From contig CAMORM010000003.1 of assembly GCA_946623785.1 (NCBI GenBank), positions 1 to 54,507 of the forward strand: a stretch of DNA of 54,507 nt. The letters are read 5' to 3'. The notes below the pieces were generated by a model. That model ran no database searches, was not told where the DNA came from, and saw only the letters and a list, made by a program, of their open reading frames with translations. The position numbers were made by a program, and so were the translations under genes. How positions within the stretch are numbered: position 1 is the stretch's first letter; the number at the start of each line of letters is the position of its first letter. Of this stretch, positions 36,276 to 44,848 are shown in pieces. The DNA is from an uncultured Verrucomicrobiota bacterium. Its GTDB lineage: Bacteria; Verrucomicrobiota; Kiritimatiellia; RFP12; UBA1067.

Positions 36276-37463
36276 TCAAGGCTCGTCGCCCGCTTCGAGG
36301 GACGGATGGACGTCCACCTTCATGGCGGCGTCGCCTGCGATGTTGCGGCGGTAGAACGCAAGCCCCGCTATCATCGCGGCGTTGTCGCCGCAGTTTCCCG
36401 GCGCCGCGAGCATCAGCTCCACGCCGGCCGATTCCGCGACTTCCGCGAGCTTCACCCTCAGCCGTCCGTTGAGCGAAACGCCTCCGCCGACTATCAGCGC
36501 GCGGTACGCGCGGCGCCTGAGCGCCCTCGCCGTGCGGTCGGCTATCGCACCGACTATCGCCTCCTGATAGGACGCGACAACGGCTGGGACCATCTCCTTC
36601 GGAAGCGCTCCCTTCGCGGCGGCCTCGGCGAACGAATCGCCCGCCCCTGAAGCGCCCGACACCTTCTGCACGTAGCGCAGAAGCGCGGTCTTGAGCCCGG
36701 AAAAGGAGACGCACAAGTCCGCGTCAAGCCCGGAAAGCGCGGCGGAGCCTTGCCGCGGATGCCCCTTCGGGAACTCTGGAAGCCCGTCAGGAAGCCTTTT
36801 GATCGGCGGATACGGCACGCCCCTGAGGCCTGCGGCGTCCGACGGGTCGCGCCCGAGCCAGTATGCCTTCGCGTAGCGGTCCATGACCGGGCCGCCCGGA
36901 TATCCGAGCCCGAGGAGCTTCGCCGCTTTGTCAAACGCCTCTCCGGCGGCATCGTCGAGAGTCTGGCCTATAATCTCGTACCTGCCGTATTCAGGCATGT
37001 CGACCCAGCTTGTGTGCCCGCCGGATACGGCAAGCCCAAGAGCGGGCATGCGCTCCTCGGGGTCGGGCGTCGCGCATGGCGAGCCGGAGTCGAAGAGGAA
37101 CGGCGTGTGGAGATGCGCCTCGATGTGGTTGACGCCGATCAGCGGAACGCCGAGCCCAGACGCAATCCCCTTCGCGGCGTTGAGCCCGACTATCAGCGAA
37201 CTTGCAAGACCGGGGCCGTATGTGACGGCAACGGCGTCTATCTTTCCGCCGGGCTCCTTCTCGCGGAAGCGGTTCTGCGCCTCCGCGATCACGCCAGCGA
37301 TCTTCTCGATGTGCGCACGCGAAGCGACCTCCGGCACCACGCCGCCGTAGGGCCTGTGCAGCGGTATCTGGGTGTATACCACGGACGAAAGGACCTCGCG
37401 CCCGTCCCTGACTACTGCGCACGCAGTCTCGTCGCAGCTCGACTCTATCCCAAGTATGTTCAT
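36276..37463 (-). CDS. tsaD: tRNA N6-threonylcarbamoyltransferase TsaD (with insertions)
   Basis: GIESSCDET, GGVVPEVASRAH, NHIEAH, SGGHT, DDAAGEAFDK, SFSGLKT, DNAAMIA. Confidence 0.96.
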   Translation of the reverse strand: MNILGIESSCDETACAVVRDGREVLSSVVYTQIPLHRPYGGVVPEVASRAHIEKIAGVIAEAQNRFREKEPGGKIDAVAVTYGPGLASSLIVGLNAAKGIASGLGVPLIGVNHIEAHLHTPFLFDSGSPCATPDPEERMPALGLAVSGGHTSWVDMPEYGRYEIIGQTLDDAAGEAFDKAAKLLGLGYPGGPVMDRYAKAYWLGRDPSDAAGLRGVPYPPIKRLPDGLPEFPKGHPRQGSAALSGLDADLCVSFSGLKTALLRYVQKVSGASGAGDSFAEAAAKGALPKEMVPAVVASYQEAIVGAIADRTARALRRRAYRALIVGGGVSLNGRLRVKLAEVAESAGVELMLAAPGNCGDNAAMIAGLAFYRRNIAGDAAMKVDVHPSLEAGDEP

Positions 37464-37487
37464 CTCGCGCCTTCGCGGCCTATGCTG

Positions 37488-38342
37488 CTACCAGAACTTC
37501 CACCAGGCTTTCTTGACCGGCTCAACGCCCGCGGACTCCTCGTAGAGGGACTTGATGCGCTCGCTGCCAGCAATGTCGGGATCGACCATGCGCGCGTGCT
37601 CCTGGAACTCGAACGCGTCCGGGAGGGACCAGAAGTCGGACCTGATGAACTCATCCTTGGTGGCCCTGTGCAGGACCGTGACCTCGCCGCCGTCCCTGAT
37701 CGATATCTTCGGACGAGTCTGCCGCAGGAGCGTCCCAAGGTCGCTTGTCACCCACATGCGGCTGCCTTTCTCGGTATGGTCGGTAGCTCGCAGGAAGAGG
37801 TGTTCTGCGCGCTTCCGGCTCCAGTAGAGCAGCTCGAACTCGCGGCGCAGCCCTGGACGGTTGGAGAAAATCTGCAGCGCTGTCGAAAGGCGCATGCCGG
37901 GCACGAGCGAAAAGGCGCGGAGCGCCCCTTCGTAGCGCATGCCGTCGTGCACCACCACGGCGCGCCCGAGGTAACGGCCCTCGGTTTCCAACATGTAGTT
38001 GCGGTCGAAGAAGACCTCGAACCTCTGCGCCTCCCCGCTCTTCAGGACGAAGGGAACCGTGGCCTTTGCCTCCGAATAGCGGTCCATGGAGTGCTTGGTG
38101 TCGTCTTTGAATAGCTCGAGGAACATGAAGTCCGTGGAGTCCTTCGCGCCGACTATTATCGGCGTCGTCGATCCGTTTCTGACTTCCACCTCAGCCCTGA
38201 TGCGCTCGCCGAGGAGATATTCCGAATACGTCATGCGCAGCGTAACTCCAACGGCTGCCTGGTTCTTCTGGAGAGAAGAGACGGGAACCGCCATGGACGC
38301 CGCTGCAAGCAGCGAGGCGAAGGCAAGTGTTGCGGTCTTCAT
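37488..38342 (-). CDS. Hypothetical secreted protein ending in KKAWWKFW
   Basis: Signal peptide MKTATLAFASLLAAASMA; ATGA overlap with the upstream gene; no family recognised. Confidence 0.75.
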   Translation of the reverse strand: MKTATLAFASLLAAASMAVPVSSLQKNQAAVGVTLRMTYSEYLLGERIRAEVEVRNGSTTPIIVGAKDSTDFMFLELFKDDTKHSMDRYSEAKATVPFVLKSGEAQRFEVFFDRNYMLETEGRYLGRAVVVHDGMRYEGALRAFSLVPGMRLSTALQIFSNRPGLRREFELLYWSRKRAEHLFLRATDHTEKGSRMWVTSDLGTLLRQTRPKISIRDGGEVTVLHRATKDEFIRSDFWSLPDAFEFQEHARMVDPDIAGSERIKSLYEESAGVEPVKKAWWKFW

Positions 38343-39172
38343 TCTGATCTACCTTTCCGCGCGAAATCGCATCCGCGCAAAGTGTTGCTGCCAAGCCTTA
38401 CGACAAGCCCGTCGTATGCGGGCTTCACGCCAGGCGGGAGCATCTTCTCCAGCCTCGCGTGCGTGACATCGTGGCAAAGGTGCGTTAGAAAAGCGCGTTT
38501 TGGGCGCGCCGCCTCAATTGCAGACAGCGACTCGTCCAGGCCCATGTGCGTCGGATGCGGGCGGAGACGCAGGCAGTCCACGACGAACACGTCAACCCCG
38601 CGTATCTTGTCCATCGACTCCGGAGGAATGCTCTTGCAGTCCGGCGCGTAGGCAAACGAGCCGGACGGCGAGTCGACCCTGTATCCGTTCGTCCGTATCG
38701 TGCCGTGCTCCACCCTGAACGGCGTGACCTCGCATCCGCCCACGCGGAAGCGCCCCTTCACCGGGACGAAGTCTATCATCGGGCGGAACAGCCCCAGCGC
38801 GTTCGGCGCGGTTGTGACGTACGGGAACATCGCCTTCAATGCGACAAGCGTCTCCTCTGCGCCATACGCCGGCATCGGGACTGCACCGTTGATCGTGTTG
38901 AACCTGCGGATGTCGTCGAACCCGGCCGTATGGTCGACGTGCGCATGCGTTAAGAGAACTGCGTCTACGCGGGATATCCCCAGCTCCACGCACGCAAGCC
39001 GGAACTCAGGGGGCGTGTCGATGACGAAGGAAGTCCCGTCCGCGGAAACGTGAAGCCCGCTGCGCCTGCGCCTGTCGCGCGGATCGGACGAAGTGCAGAC
39101 TTCGCAGTTGCACCCGATCATGGGGACTCCCGTCGAAGTGCCTGTGCCGAGGAACTGGAGTGTCATGCTCAC
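38339..39172 (-). CDS. MBL-fold metallo-hydrolase (PhnP-like)
   Basis: FLGTGTSTGVP..GCNCEVC, THAHVDHTAG, THLCH, AYDG. Confidence 0.92.
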   Translation of the reverse strand: MSMTLQFLGTGTSTGVPMIGCNCEVCTSSDPRDRRRRSGLHVSADGTSFVIDTPPEFRLACVELGISRVDAVLLTHAHVDHTAGFDDIRRFNTINGAVPMPAYGAEETLVALKAMFPYVTTAPNALGLFRPMIDFVPVKGRFRVGGCEVTPFRVEHGTIRTNGYRVDSPSGSFAYAPDCKSIPPESMDKIRGVDVFVVDCLRLRPHPTHMGLDESLSAIEAARPKRAFLTHLCHDVTHARLEKMLPPGVKPAYDGLVVRLGSNTLRGCDFARKGRSE

Positions 39173-40872
39173 CTGCGGCGCCTCTTTCCCCTGGGCTTCG
39201 GCTCGAAGCCCTTCTTTGGCCTTCGGGGCTCCCTCTCCGGCCTGGAGGCGCCCGGCTCGAAGTCGGAAGGCACAAAGTCCGCGTGCCTCTCCGCGAAGTC
39301 AACCCTGCAAACCCTCACTCGCATCTTTCCGCCGACAGCCCACTCGCGTCCGCGAGAACTAAGCACTTCGCGGGCCGGGTCGAAGCTGACGTACGAATTC
39401 GCGAGCGTCGAGATGTGGACAAGGCCGTAGCACCCGATCTCCGGGAGGTCGACGAACACGCCATACGAGGTGCATCGCGTTATTACCGCGTCGTAGTCGA
39501 TCAGCTGTCCCGTCGCAAGCTGGTTCGCGAGGAAGCGGTACTTCTTGAGCTCGACCATCGCACGCTCCGCCTCGTCGGCGATCATCTCCCTCACCGTGGC
39601 GTGGAGCGCCGTCTTGTCCAGGTACCTCTGGTCCATGCGCCCGCGCGACCCGTTCGACCCGCCGGCGATGTAGTCGGCCAGCTGGCGGTGCACGACAAGG
39701 TCCGGATACCGGCGTATGGGCGACGTGAAGTGCGTGTAGTACGGCGCGGCAAGCCCGAAGTGGCCGATCGTCTGCGCATCGTAGCGCGCGCGCTTGAGGG
39801 AACGCAGGACGAGTCCGGTTATCATAGGCTTAAGCGGACCCCTGAGCTTCGAGAGGAAGTCGGCCACACCCTTTGGACGAGTGAGGTCGCCGCAGCGCAC
39901 GCCCATCTGCGCCAGCTCGGCGCGAAGCTCCTGGAGCCTGTCCGGGTCTGGGCTCTCGTGGAGGCGCGAGATGATGTGGATTCCGCGCGTCCAGAGCTCG
40001 GTCGCAACCGCTATGTTCGCGGCGACCATGCACTGCTCAACGAGCTGGTGCGACTCGTCGTACGGACGGGCCTCTAGCCCGACCATCTCGCCCGCGGGGT
40101 CGAGCACGACTTCGTACTCAGGCACCTCCATGTCAAGCGCTCCCTCGGCGTAGCGGTTCGAGCGAAGCTGCTGTGCGAGCCTGTGAAGCTCCATCACGTC
40201 GGCGCGCTGGCGGGCGGAGAGCTTCACGCCGAACGGCCGCTCTCCGCGGATGACCGCCATCACCTGGCTGTACGCGAAGCGCACGGACGAACGGATCACG
40301 GACTTGGCGAAGCGCCGCTTCACGGGACGCCCTTTTGCGTCGAACGTGATGAACACCGAGAACGCATAGCGGTCCACGCCGGGCATCAGCGAGCAGACAC
40401 CGTTGGAGAGCCTCTCCGGCAGCATGGGCACGACGCGGTCGGCGAGATAGACCGAAGTCGAGCGCTTCGCCGCCTCGCGGTCAAGCGCCGATCCGGGAGT
40501 GACGTAGTGCGACACGTCGGCGATGTGGACGCCAAGCGTCCTGTTGCCTTTCCTGTCCTTCTCGATCGAAAGCGCGTCGTCGAAGTCCTTCGCCGTCTCC
40601 GGATCGCACGTGAAGATGAACCTCTTCCTGAGATCGAGCCGCCCGGCCGGCAGGCCGTCCGGCGCGGCGGCCGAAGCCGCCTCCGAGAGGACCGCATGCG
40701 GGAACGAGCGAGGAAGGTCGAACTCGCGCACAACGGCGTCGCCGTCCTCAAGAGGGTCGTCGAGCGGCCCAACGGACCTCATCAGCCGCTCGCGGGCGTC
40801 GATCGCCTCCTGCGGCTTAAGGCTCTTCCTGTCTGCGCGCTCTTCGCGCCTGGCGGGCTGTCGTCTTTTCAT
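39169..40872 (-). CDS. rnr: RNase R/RNase II family exoribonuclease (RNB+S1, short N-terminus)
   Basis: TCDPETAKDFDDAL, HIADVSHYV, PMLPERLSNG.CSL, HFTSPIRRYPDL, S1 domain and basic tail. Confidence 0.9.
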   Translation of the reverse strand: MKRRQPARREERADRKSLKPQEAIDARERLMRSVGPLDDPLEDGDAVVREFDLPRSFPHAVLSEAASAAAPDGLPAGRLDLRKRFIFTCDPETAKDFDDALSIEKDRKGNRTLGVHIADVSHYVTPGSALDREAAKRSTSVYLADRVVPMLPERLSNGVCSLMPGVDRYAFSVFITFDAKGRPVKRRFAKSVIRSSVRFAYSQVMAVIRGERPFGVKLSARQRADVMELHRLAQQLRSNRYAEGALDMEVPEYEVVLDPAGEMVGLEARPYDESHQLVEQCMVAANIAVATELWTRGIHIISRLHESPDPDRLQELRAELAQMGVRCGDLTRPKGVADFLSKLRGPLKPMITGLVLRSLKRARYDAQTIGHFGLAAPYYTHFTSPIRRYPDLVVHRQLADYIAGGSNGSRGRMDQRYLDKTALHATVREMIADEAERAMVELKKYRFLANQLATGQLIDYDAVITRCTSYGVFVDLPEIGCYGLVHISTLANSYVSFDPAREVLSSRGREWAVGGKMRVRVCRVDFAERHADFVPSDFEPGASRPEREPRRPKKGFEPKPRGKRRRR

Positions 40873-40908
40873 GCGGGCGTCCGTTTCCTTTGGCGCGCGG
40901 CTGGCGCG

Positions 40909-42402
40909 TCAGCTCTCCCTCGGGAAGAAGCCGTCGCAGCACACAAGCGCCACCACGACGGTCGTAAGCACGGCGGGGCAGCGCATCGCGCAGTCGCCGA
41001 ACGAATGGATAAACGTTGCGCAGCATCCAAGAAGCACCCCTGCCGGAGCGGACGGCATGCAGTATATTGCCATCGGCTTGGCGGGCGCCTTGTCGGCCGG
41101 CGCGAAGAGAGCCCAGTTGTAGAAGCGCTTCCAGGCCCTCCCTATGGGCCATACCAGCAGCCCGAGCACCGCAAGGAGAAGCGCGGCGCCGACAAGCCCG
41201 TGCTCGCAGGAGAACTGGATGTAGTCGTCATGGACGTTTACGCCGCCGACCATCTGGATGTGCTTCAGCTCCGACTCCGTCATGTAGCTTTGGCAGAAGT
41301 GCTTGTATCCCCATCCGCCCACGCCGAACGCAAGGTGGTCCTTCAGGATCGCAGTTGCCACGCGCTGGTGGTACTGGCCCTTCCCGCCGACGCGCTGGAA
41401 CACCGCGTCCGTCGTGATTGTCGACGCCTCGCCCTTGAGGTCGCTTGGGGCGAACGTGACGGCGAGGAACGAGACGACCACCAGCGATATGGCCGCGAAG
41501 ATGCACATCTTGAGCCGCCCCGCCTTCGTCGCCCTCGCGAAATACCTGAAGAACACGAGAAGGAACAGGACGAAGAACAGGGAGATCGACAGTATGATGG
41601 CCGCGCGCGAAAGCGTGTCAAGGGCTGCGATGAATAGGATCAGCACCGCAAGGAGCATGTAGTGGGCCTGCATGACAGGATGCTCGGGCCCCTTGACGGA
41701 CTCGAATTCGTGGGCGCGCGGCGCGCTCGCGACCTGCGCGAGGCGGTACTGCCACATCCCGCCAGCCACCGCGAAGTGGAACGTGAAGAAGTCGCCAGCC
41801 ATGTTTGGGTAGCCCCAGGCGGAGAAGAAGTAGCTAGGCATCGGGTCGCACGCCCAGAACGGCGACTGCGCGCCCGAAGCCTGCTGCACGAAGCCGAGGA
41901 TGGCAAGGGCAACGGCGTTCCAGACCATCATCTCGAGGAGCATACGCTTCCCGCGCTTGAGCAGGGAGTGCTTCGCCGCGACCATCGCCGCGAACGCCGG
42001 CAGGAACCACTGGAACACGCCGTAGTGGTCGAGACGGTCCACGCAGAACGGAAGGAAAGGCGCCGGGGGGTTCGGGTCCGCACCCGCCCTGATCAGCTTG
42101 TAGTCGCACACCGGGCACAGGCCCTTGTTGACGAACGGGATCGCCAGCAGGACGATGAACGCCACGCTGACCCATGTGAGCGGGTCGCGCGAAATGCCTC
42201 GCCACACGCGCACGCGTGCGTCGATGATCGACTCGTCGTGGCGGCTCTGCGGAAAGAACAGCATCCCCGAGAGAAGCAGCAGAAGGAACCATGGGACCAC
42301 CGGCAGCAGCAGGTCGGCCCGAGTTCCGCCGCATATCCACGAGAACATCGCGATGATCGCGAATACGTGGAACACGGCTGCGTTGCGAACGAAGTTGTTC
42401 AT
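40909..42402 (-). CDS. O-antigen ligase-like (Wzy_C) membrane protein
   Basis: Many TM helices; YPNMAG, TLSRAA, FGVGGWGY, VHDDYIQFSCEHGLVG. Confidence 0.8.
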   Translation of the reverse strand: MNNFVRNAAVFHVFAIIAMFSWICGGTRADLLLPVVPWFLLLLLSGMLFFPQSRHDESIIDARVRVWRGISRDPLTWVSVAFIVLLAIPFVNKGLCPVCDYKLIRAGADPNPPAPFLPFCVDRLDHYGVFQWFLPAFAAMVAAKHSLLKRGKRMLLEMMVWNAVALAILGFVQQASGAQSPFWACDPMPSYFFSAWGYPNMAGDFFTFHFAVAGGMWQYRLAQVASAPRAHEFESVKGPEHPVMQAHYMLLAVLILFIAALDTLSRAAIILSISLFFVLFLLVFFRYFARATKAGRLKMCIFAAISLVVVSFLAVTFAPSDLKGEASTITTDAVFQRVGGKGQYHQRVATAILKDHLAFGVGGWGYKHFCQSYMTESELKHIQMVGGVNVHDDYIQFSCEHGLVGAALLLAVLGLLVWPIGRAWKRFYNWALFAPADKAPAKPMAIYCMPSAPAGVLLGCCATFIHSFGDCAMRCPAVLTTVVVALVCCDGFFPRES

Positions 42403-42403
42403 T

Positions 42404-43816
42404 TCAGTACCGATACCATTCTGACTTGTATGGGCCGTCGACGCTCACGCCGATGTACTCGGCCTGTCGCCTGGTGAGCTTCGTGAGCTTCGCGCCGCAC
42501 GCGGCGAGATGCAGCCTCGCGACCTCCTCGTCAAGCTCCTTCGGGAGCCTTACGACCCCCTTCACGCCGCCCTTCCAGAGGAGCATCTGCGCAATGCACT
42601 GGTTCGTGAAGCTGCTGGACATCACAAACGCCGGATGGCCGGTGGCGCATCCGAGGTTCACCAGGCGCCCCTCAGCCAGGAGGTAGATCGAGTGGCCGTC
42701 ACGGTACGTGAACTTGTCGAGCCCGGGCTTGAGCGTTACGCGCTTTACGCCGGGCCACGCCTTCAGGCGCGCGACCTGTATCTCGTCGTCGAAGTGACCG
42801 ATGTTGCACACGATCGCGTTGTCGCGCATCTTCGCCATGTGCTCCGCCGTGATTATGTCCGTGTTGCCGGTCGTGGTCACGTAGAGGTCCGCCCACTTGA
42901 GCACGTCTTCGACGCGCTTTACGTCGAAGCCGGCCATGCACGCCTGGAGCGCGCAGATGGGGTCGATCTCCGACACCGCCACCCTGCAGTGGTTCTCGCG
43001 CAGCGACTCCGCGCAGCCCTTGCCGACGTCGCCGTATCCGCACACGAACGCGTTCTTGCCGGCGAGCATGACGTCCGTTGCGCGCTTTATGCCGTCCACC
43101 AGCGACTCGCGGCAGCCGTAGATGTTGTCGAACTTGCTCTTCGTCACGGAGTCGTTCACGTTCACCGCCGGGAAGAGGAGCTTGCCCTGCTCGGCAAGCT
43201 GGTAGAGGCGGTGCACCCCGGTGGTCGTCTCCTCCGACACGCCGCGCACTTTCGCGGCCACCTGCGAAAACCACTTCGGGGACTTCTCGACCGTTCCGAG
43301 TATGACGCCCCATAGCGCCCGCTCCTCTTCGGACAGCTTCGGCATCTTCGCCTTGCGGAACGCCGCCCTCTCGGCGGCAGACCACCCCTCGGCCTCAACG
43401 CCCTTGTGCAGGATGAGCGTGGCATCCCCGCCATCGTCCACTATCAGGTCCGGCCCCTTGCCGTCCGGCCATGTGAGAGCCTGCTTCGTGCACCACCAGT
43501 AGTCCTCGAGCGATTCGCCCTTCCAGGCAAACACCGGCGTGCCGGCCTTGGCGATCGCAGCCGCGGCAGCGTCGTTCGTCGAAAAGATGTTGCAGCTCGC
43601 CCAGCGGACGTCCGCGCCTAGCGTCTGGAGCGTCTCGATGAGGATGGCCGTCTCGACCGTCATGTGCAGCGAGCCCATGATGCGCGCGCCCTTCAGCGGC
43701 TTCTTCGGGCCATACTTCTTGCGCACGGACATTAGGCCCGGCATCTCGTGCTCTTCCAGTTCAATGAGGCGCCTTCCGAGCGGCGCCTGGCTGATATCTG
43801 CTACCTTGAATTTCAT
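42404..43816 (-). CDS. ahcY: Adenosylhomocysteinase
   Basis: [53 protein letters not shown]. Confidence 0.98.
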   Translation of the reverse strand: MKFKVADISQAPLGRRLIELEEHEMPGLMSVRKKYGPKKPLKGARIMGSLHMTVETAILIETLQTLGADVRWASCNIFSTNDAAAAAIAKAGTPVFAWKGESLEDYWWCTKQALTWPDGKGPDLIVDDGGDATLILHKGVEAEGWSAAERAAFRKAKMPKLSEEERALWGVILGTVEKSPKWFSQVAAKVRGVSEETTTGVHRLYQLAEQGKLLFPAVNVNDSVTKSKFDNIYGCRESLVDGIKRATDVMLAGKNAFVCGYGDVGKGCAESLRENHCRVAVSEIDPICALQACMAGFDVKRVEDVLKWADLYVTTTGNTDIITAEHMAKMRDNAIVCNIGHFDDEIQVARLKAWPGVKRVTLKPGLDKFTYRDGHSIYLLAEGRLVNLGCATGHPAFVMSSSFTNQCIAQMLLWKGGVKGVVRLPKELDEEVARLHLAACGAKLTKLTRRQAEYIGVSVDGPYKSEWYRY

Positions 43817-43822
43817 AGTTGC

Positions 43823-43860
43823 GTATTTTACCGAAAAACGGCGGGGTTCTCAATGACAAA
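43823..43860 (-). promoter_or_regulatory. Sigma70-type promoter TTGAGA-N17-TAAAAT of ahcY (second copy of the 38-bp element)
   Basis: gtattttaccgaaaaacggcggggttctcaatgacaaa; -10 lies 8 nt from the ATG. Confidence 0.7.
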
Positions 43861-43956
43861 TCACCATGCGTTTTGCATGCGGAATTTGCAATTGATTTCG
43901 GCGCGGAATTATGGTTTAATACGCGCGTTTTTTGCGGCATAGCCGCTTATCCGCAC

Positions 43957-44032
43957 CGGACTGTAGCTCAGTTGGTAGAGCATCTCACTTTTAATGAGGG
44001 TGTCGCGGGTCCGATTCCCGCCAGTCCGACCA
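43957..44032 (+). tRNA. tRNA-Lys(UUU)
   Basis: Acceptor stem CGGACTG/CAGTCCG, D-arm GCTC-AGTTGGTA-GAGC, anticodon loop CT-TTT-AA, T-stem GCGGG/CCCGC, encoded CCA. Promoter TTGATT-N17-TTTAAT upstream. Confidence 0.93.
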
Positions 44033-44085
44033 TTACCAGTGTCCGCCCCTTACGCGGGCCGCTTGTACGAGCGGAGTTTCCGTCG

Positions 44086-44847
44086 TCATGGAGACGGGGA
44101 AAGGACATCCAGGTTGTTGAGGACTACGCCTGCGCCTTCGACCGCGGCCGTGGCAGGGTTGTCCGCGACATGGACGGGGAAGCCGACTTTTTCGGCAAGC
44201 CATTTTGCAAGACCCACGTCGACGCCATCTCCGCCCGTCAACACCGCGCCGTGGTCCAGGATGTCCGAGACGATGTTCCGGAGCCCCTTGGCCGCGCATT
44301 CTGCAAGCACGTCCTTCATCGCGCCGGCAACCATCTCCTTCGGGACCTGCTCGACTCGCTCGACCTTCGGCTCCGCCCCTTTCGCCGAACTTGCCGTAGC
44401 GCACCCGCACACATCGCGGGCTGCCACGATTCCCGCAAGCGCAATGACGGCAATCTGGCATCCTCCGCCCCTCATCTCGACAATCATGCTTCCACGAGGC
44501 TCGGACACCGGCACTCCTGCGCCGATCGCGGCAGCCATCGGAAGTTCAATCAGCAAAGGTCCCTTGACGCCAGCAATGGTCGCAGCGTCCTGAAACCTTC
44601 GTTTCTCCCCCTCGCCAATGCCGTGGTCTGCCGTCAGCACCGCGCGGATTTTCGGGCGAAACACCCCGCGGCGGATCCCCGCCCGGCCAAGGCACGCGGA
44701 GATCAGCTCCGGCAACGTGCCCGCGCCGGACGACGCGCGCAATTCATCCGTGCGTCCGCTGAACACGATGCCGCGCCCCTTCACGAGGACGTGTGAAGTC
44801 TCGGGGCCGATGTCGATTGCGATGTCCGTTGTTCCAAAGAGATTCAT
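44086..44847 (-). CDS. Short, degenerate MreB/Mbl-like actin-family protein (253 aa)
   Basis: DIAIDIG..VKGRGIV, LPMAAAIGAGVPVSEPRGSMIV, IAVIALAGIV, SDILDHGAVLTGG, GFPVHVADNP. SD GGAGGAGG lies in the end of the upstream gene. Confidence 0.85.
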   Translation of the reverse strand: MNLFGTTDIAIDIGPETSHVLVKGRGIVFSGRTDELRASSGAGTLPELISACLGRAGIRRGVFRPKIRAVLTADHGIGEGEKRRFQDAATIAGVKGPLLIELPMAAAIGAGVPVSEPRGSMIVEMRGGGCQIAVIALAGIVAARDVCGCATASSAKGAEPKVERVEQVPKEMVAGAMKDVLAECAAKGLRNIVSDILDHGAVLTGGDGVDVGLAKWLAEKVGFPVHVADNPATAAVEGAGVVLNNLDVLSPSP

Positions 44848-44848
44848 T

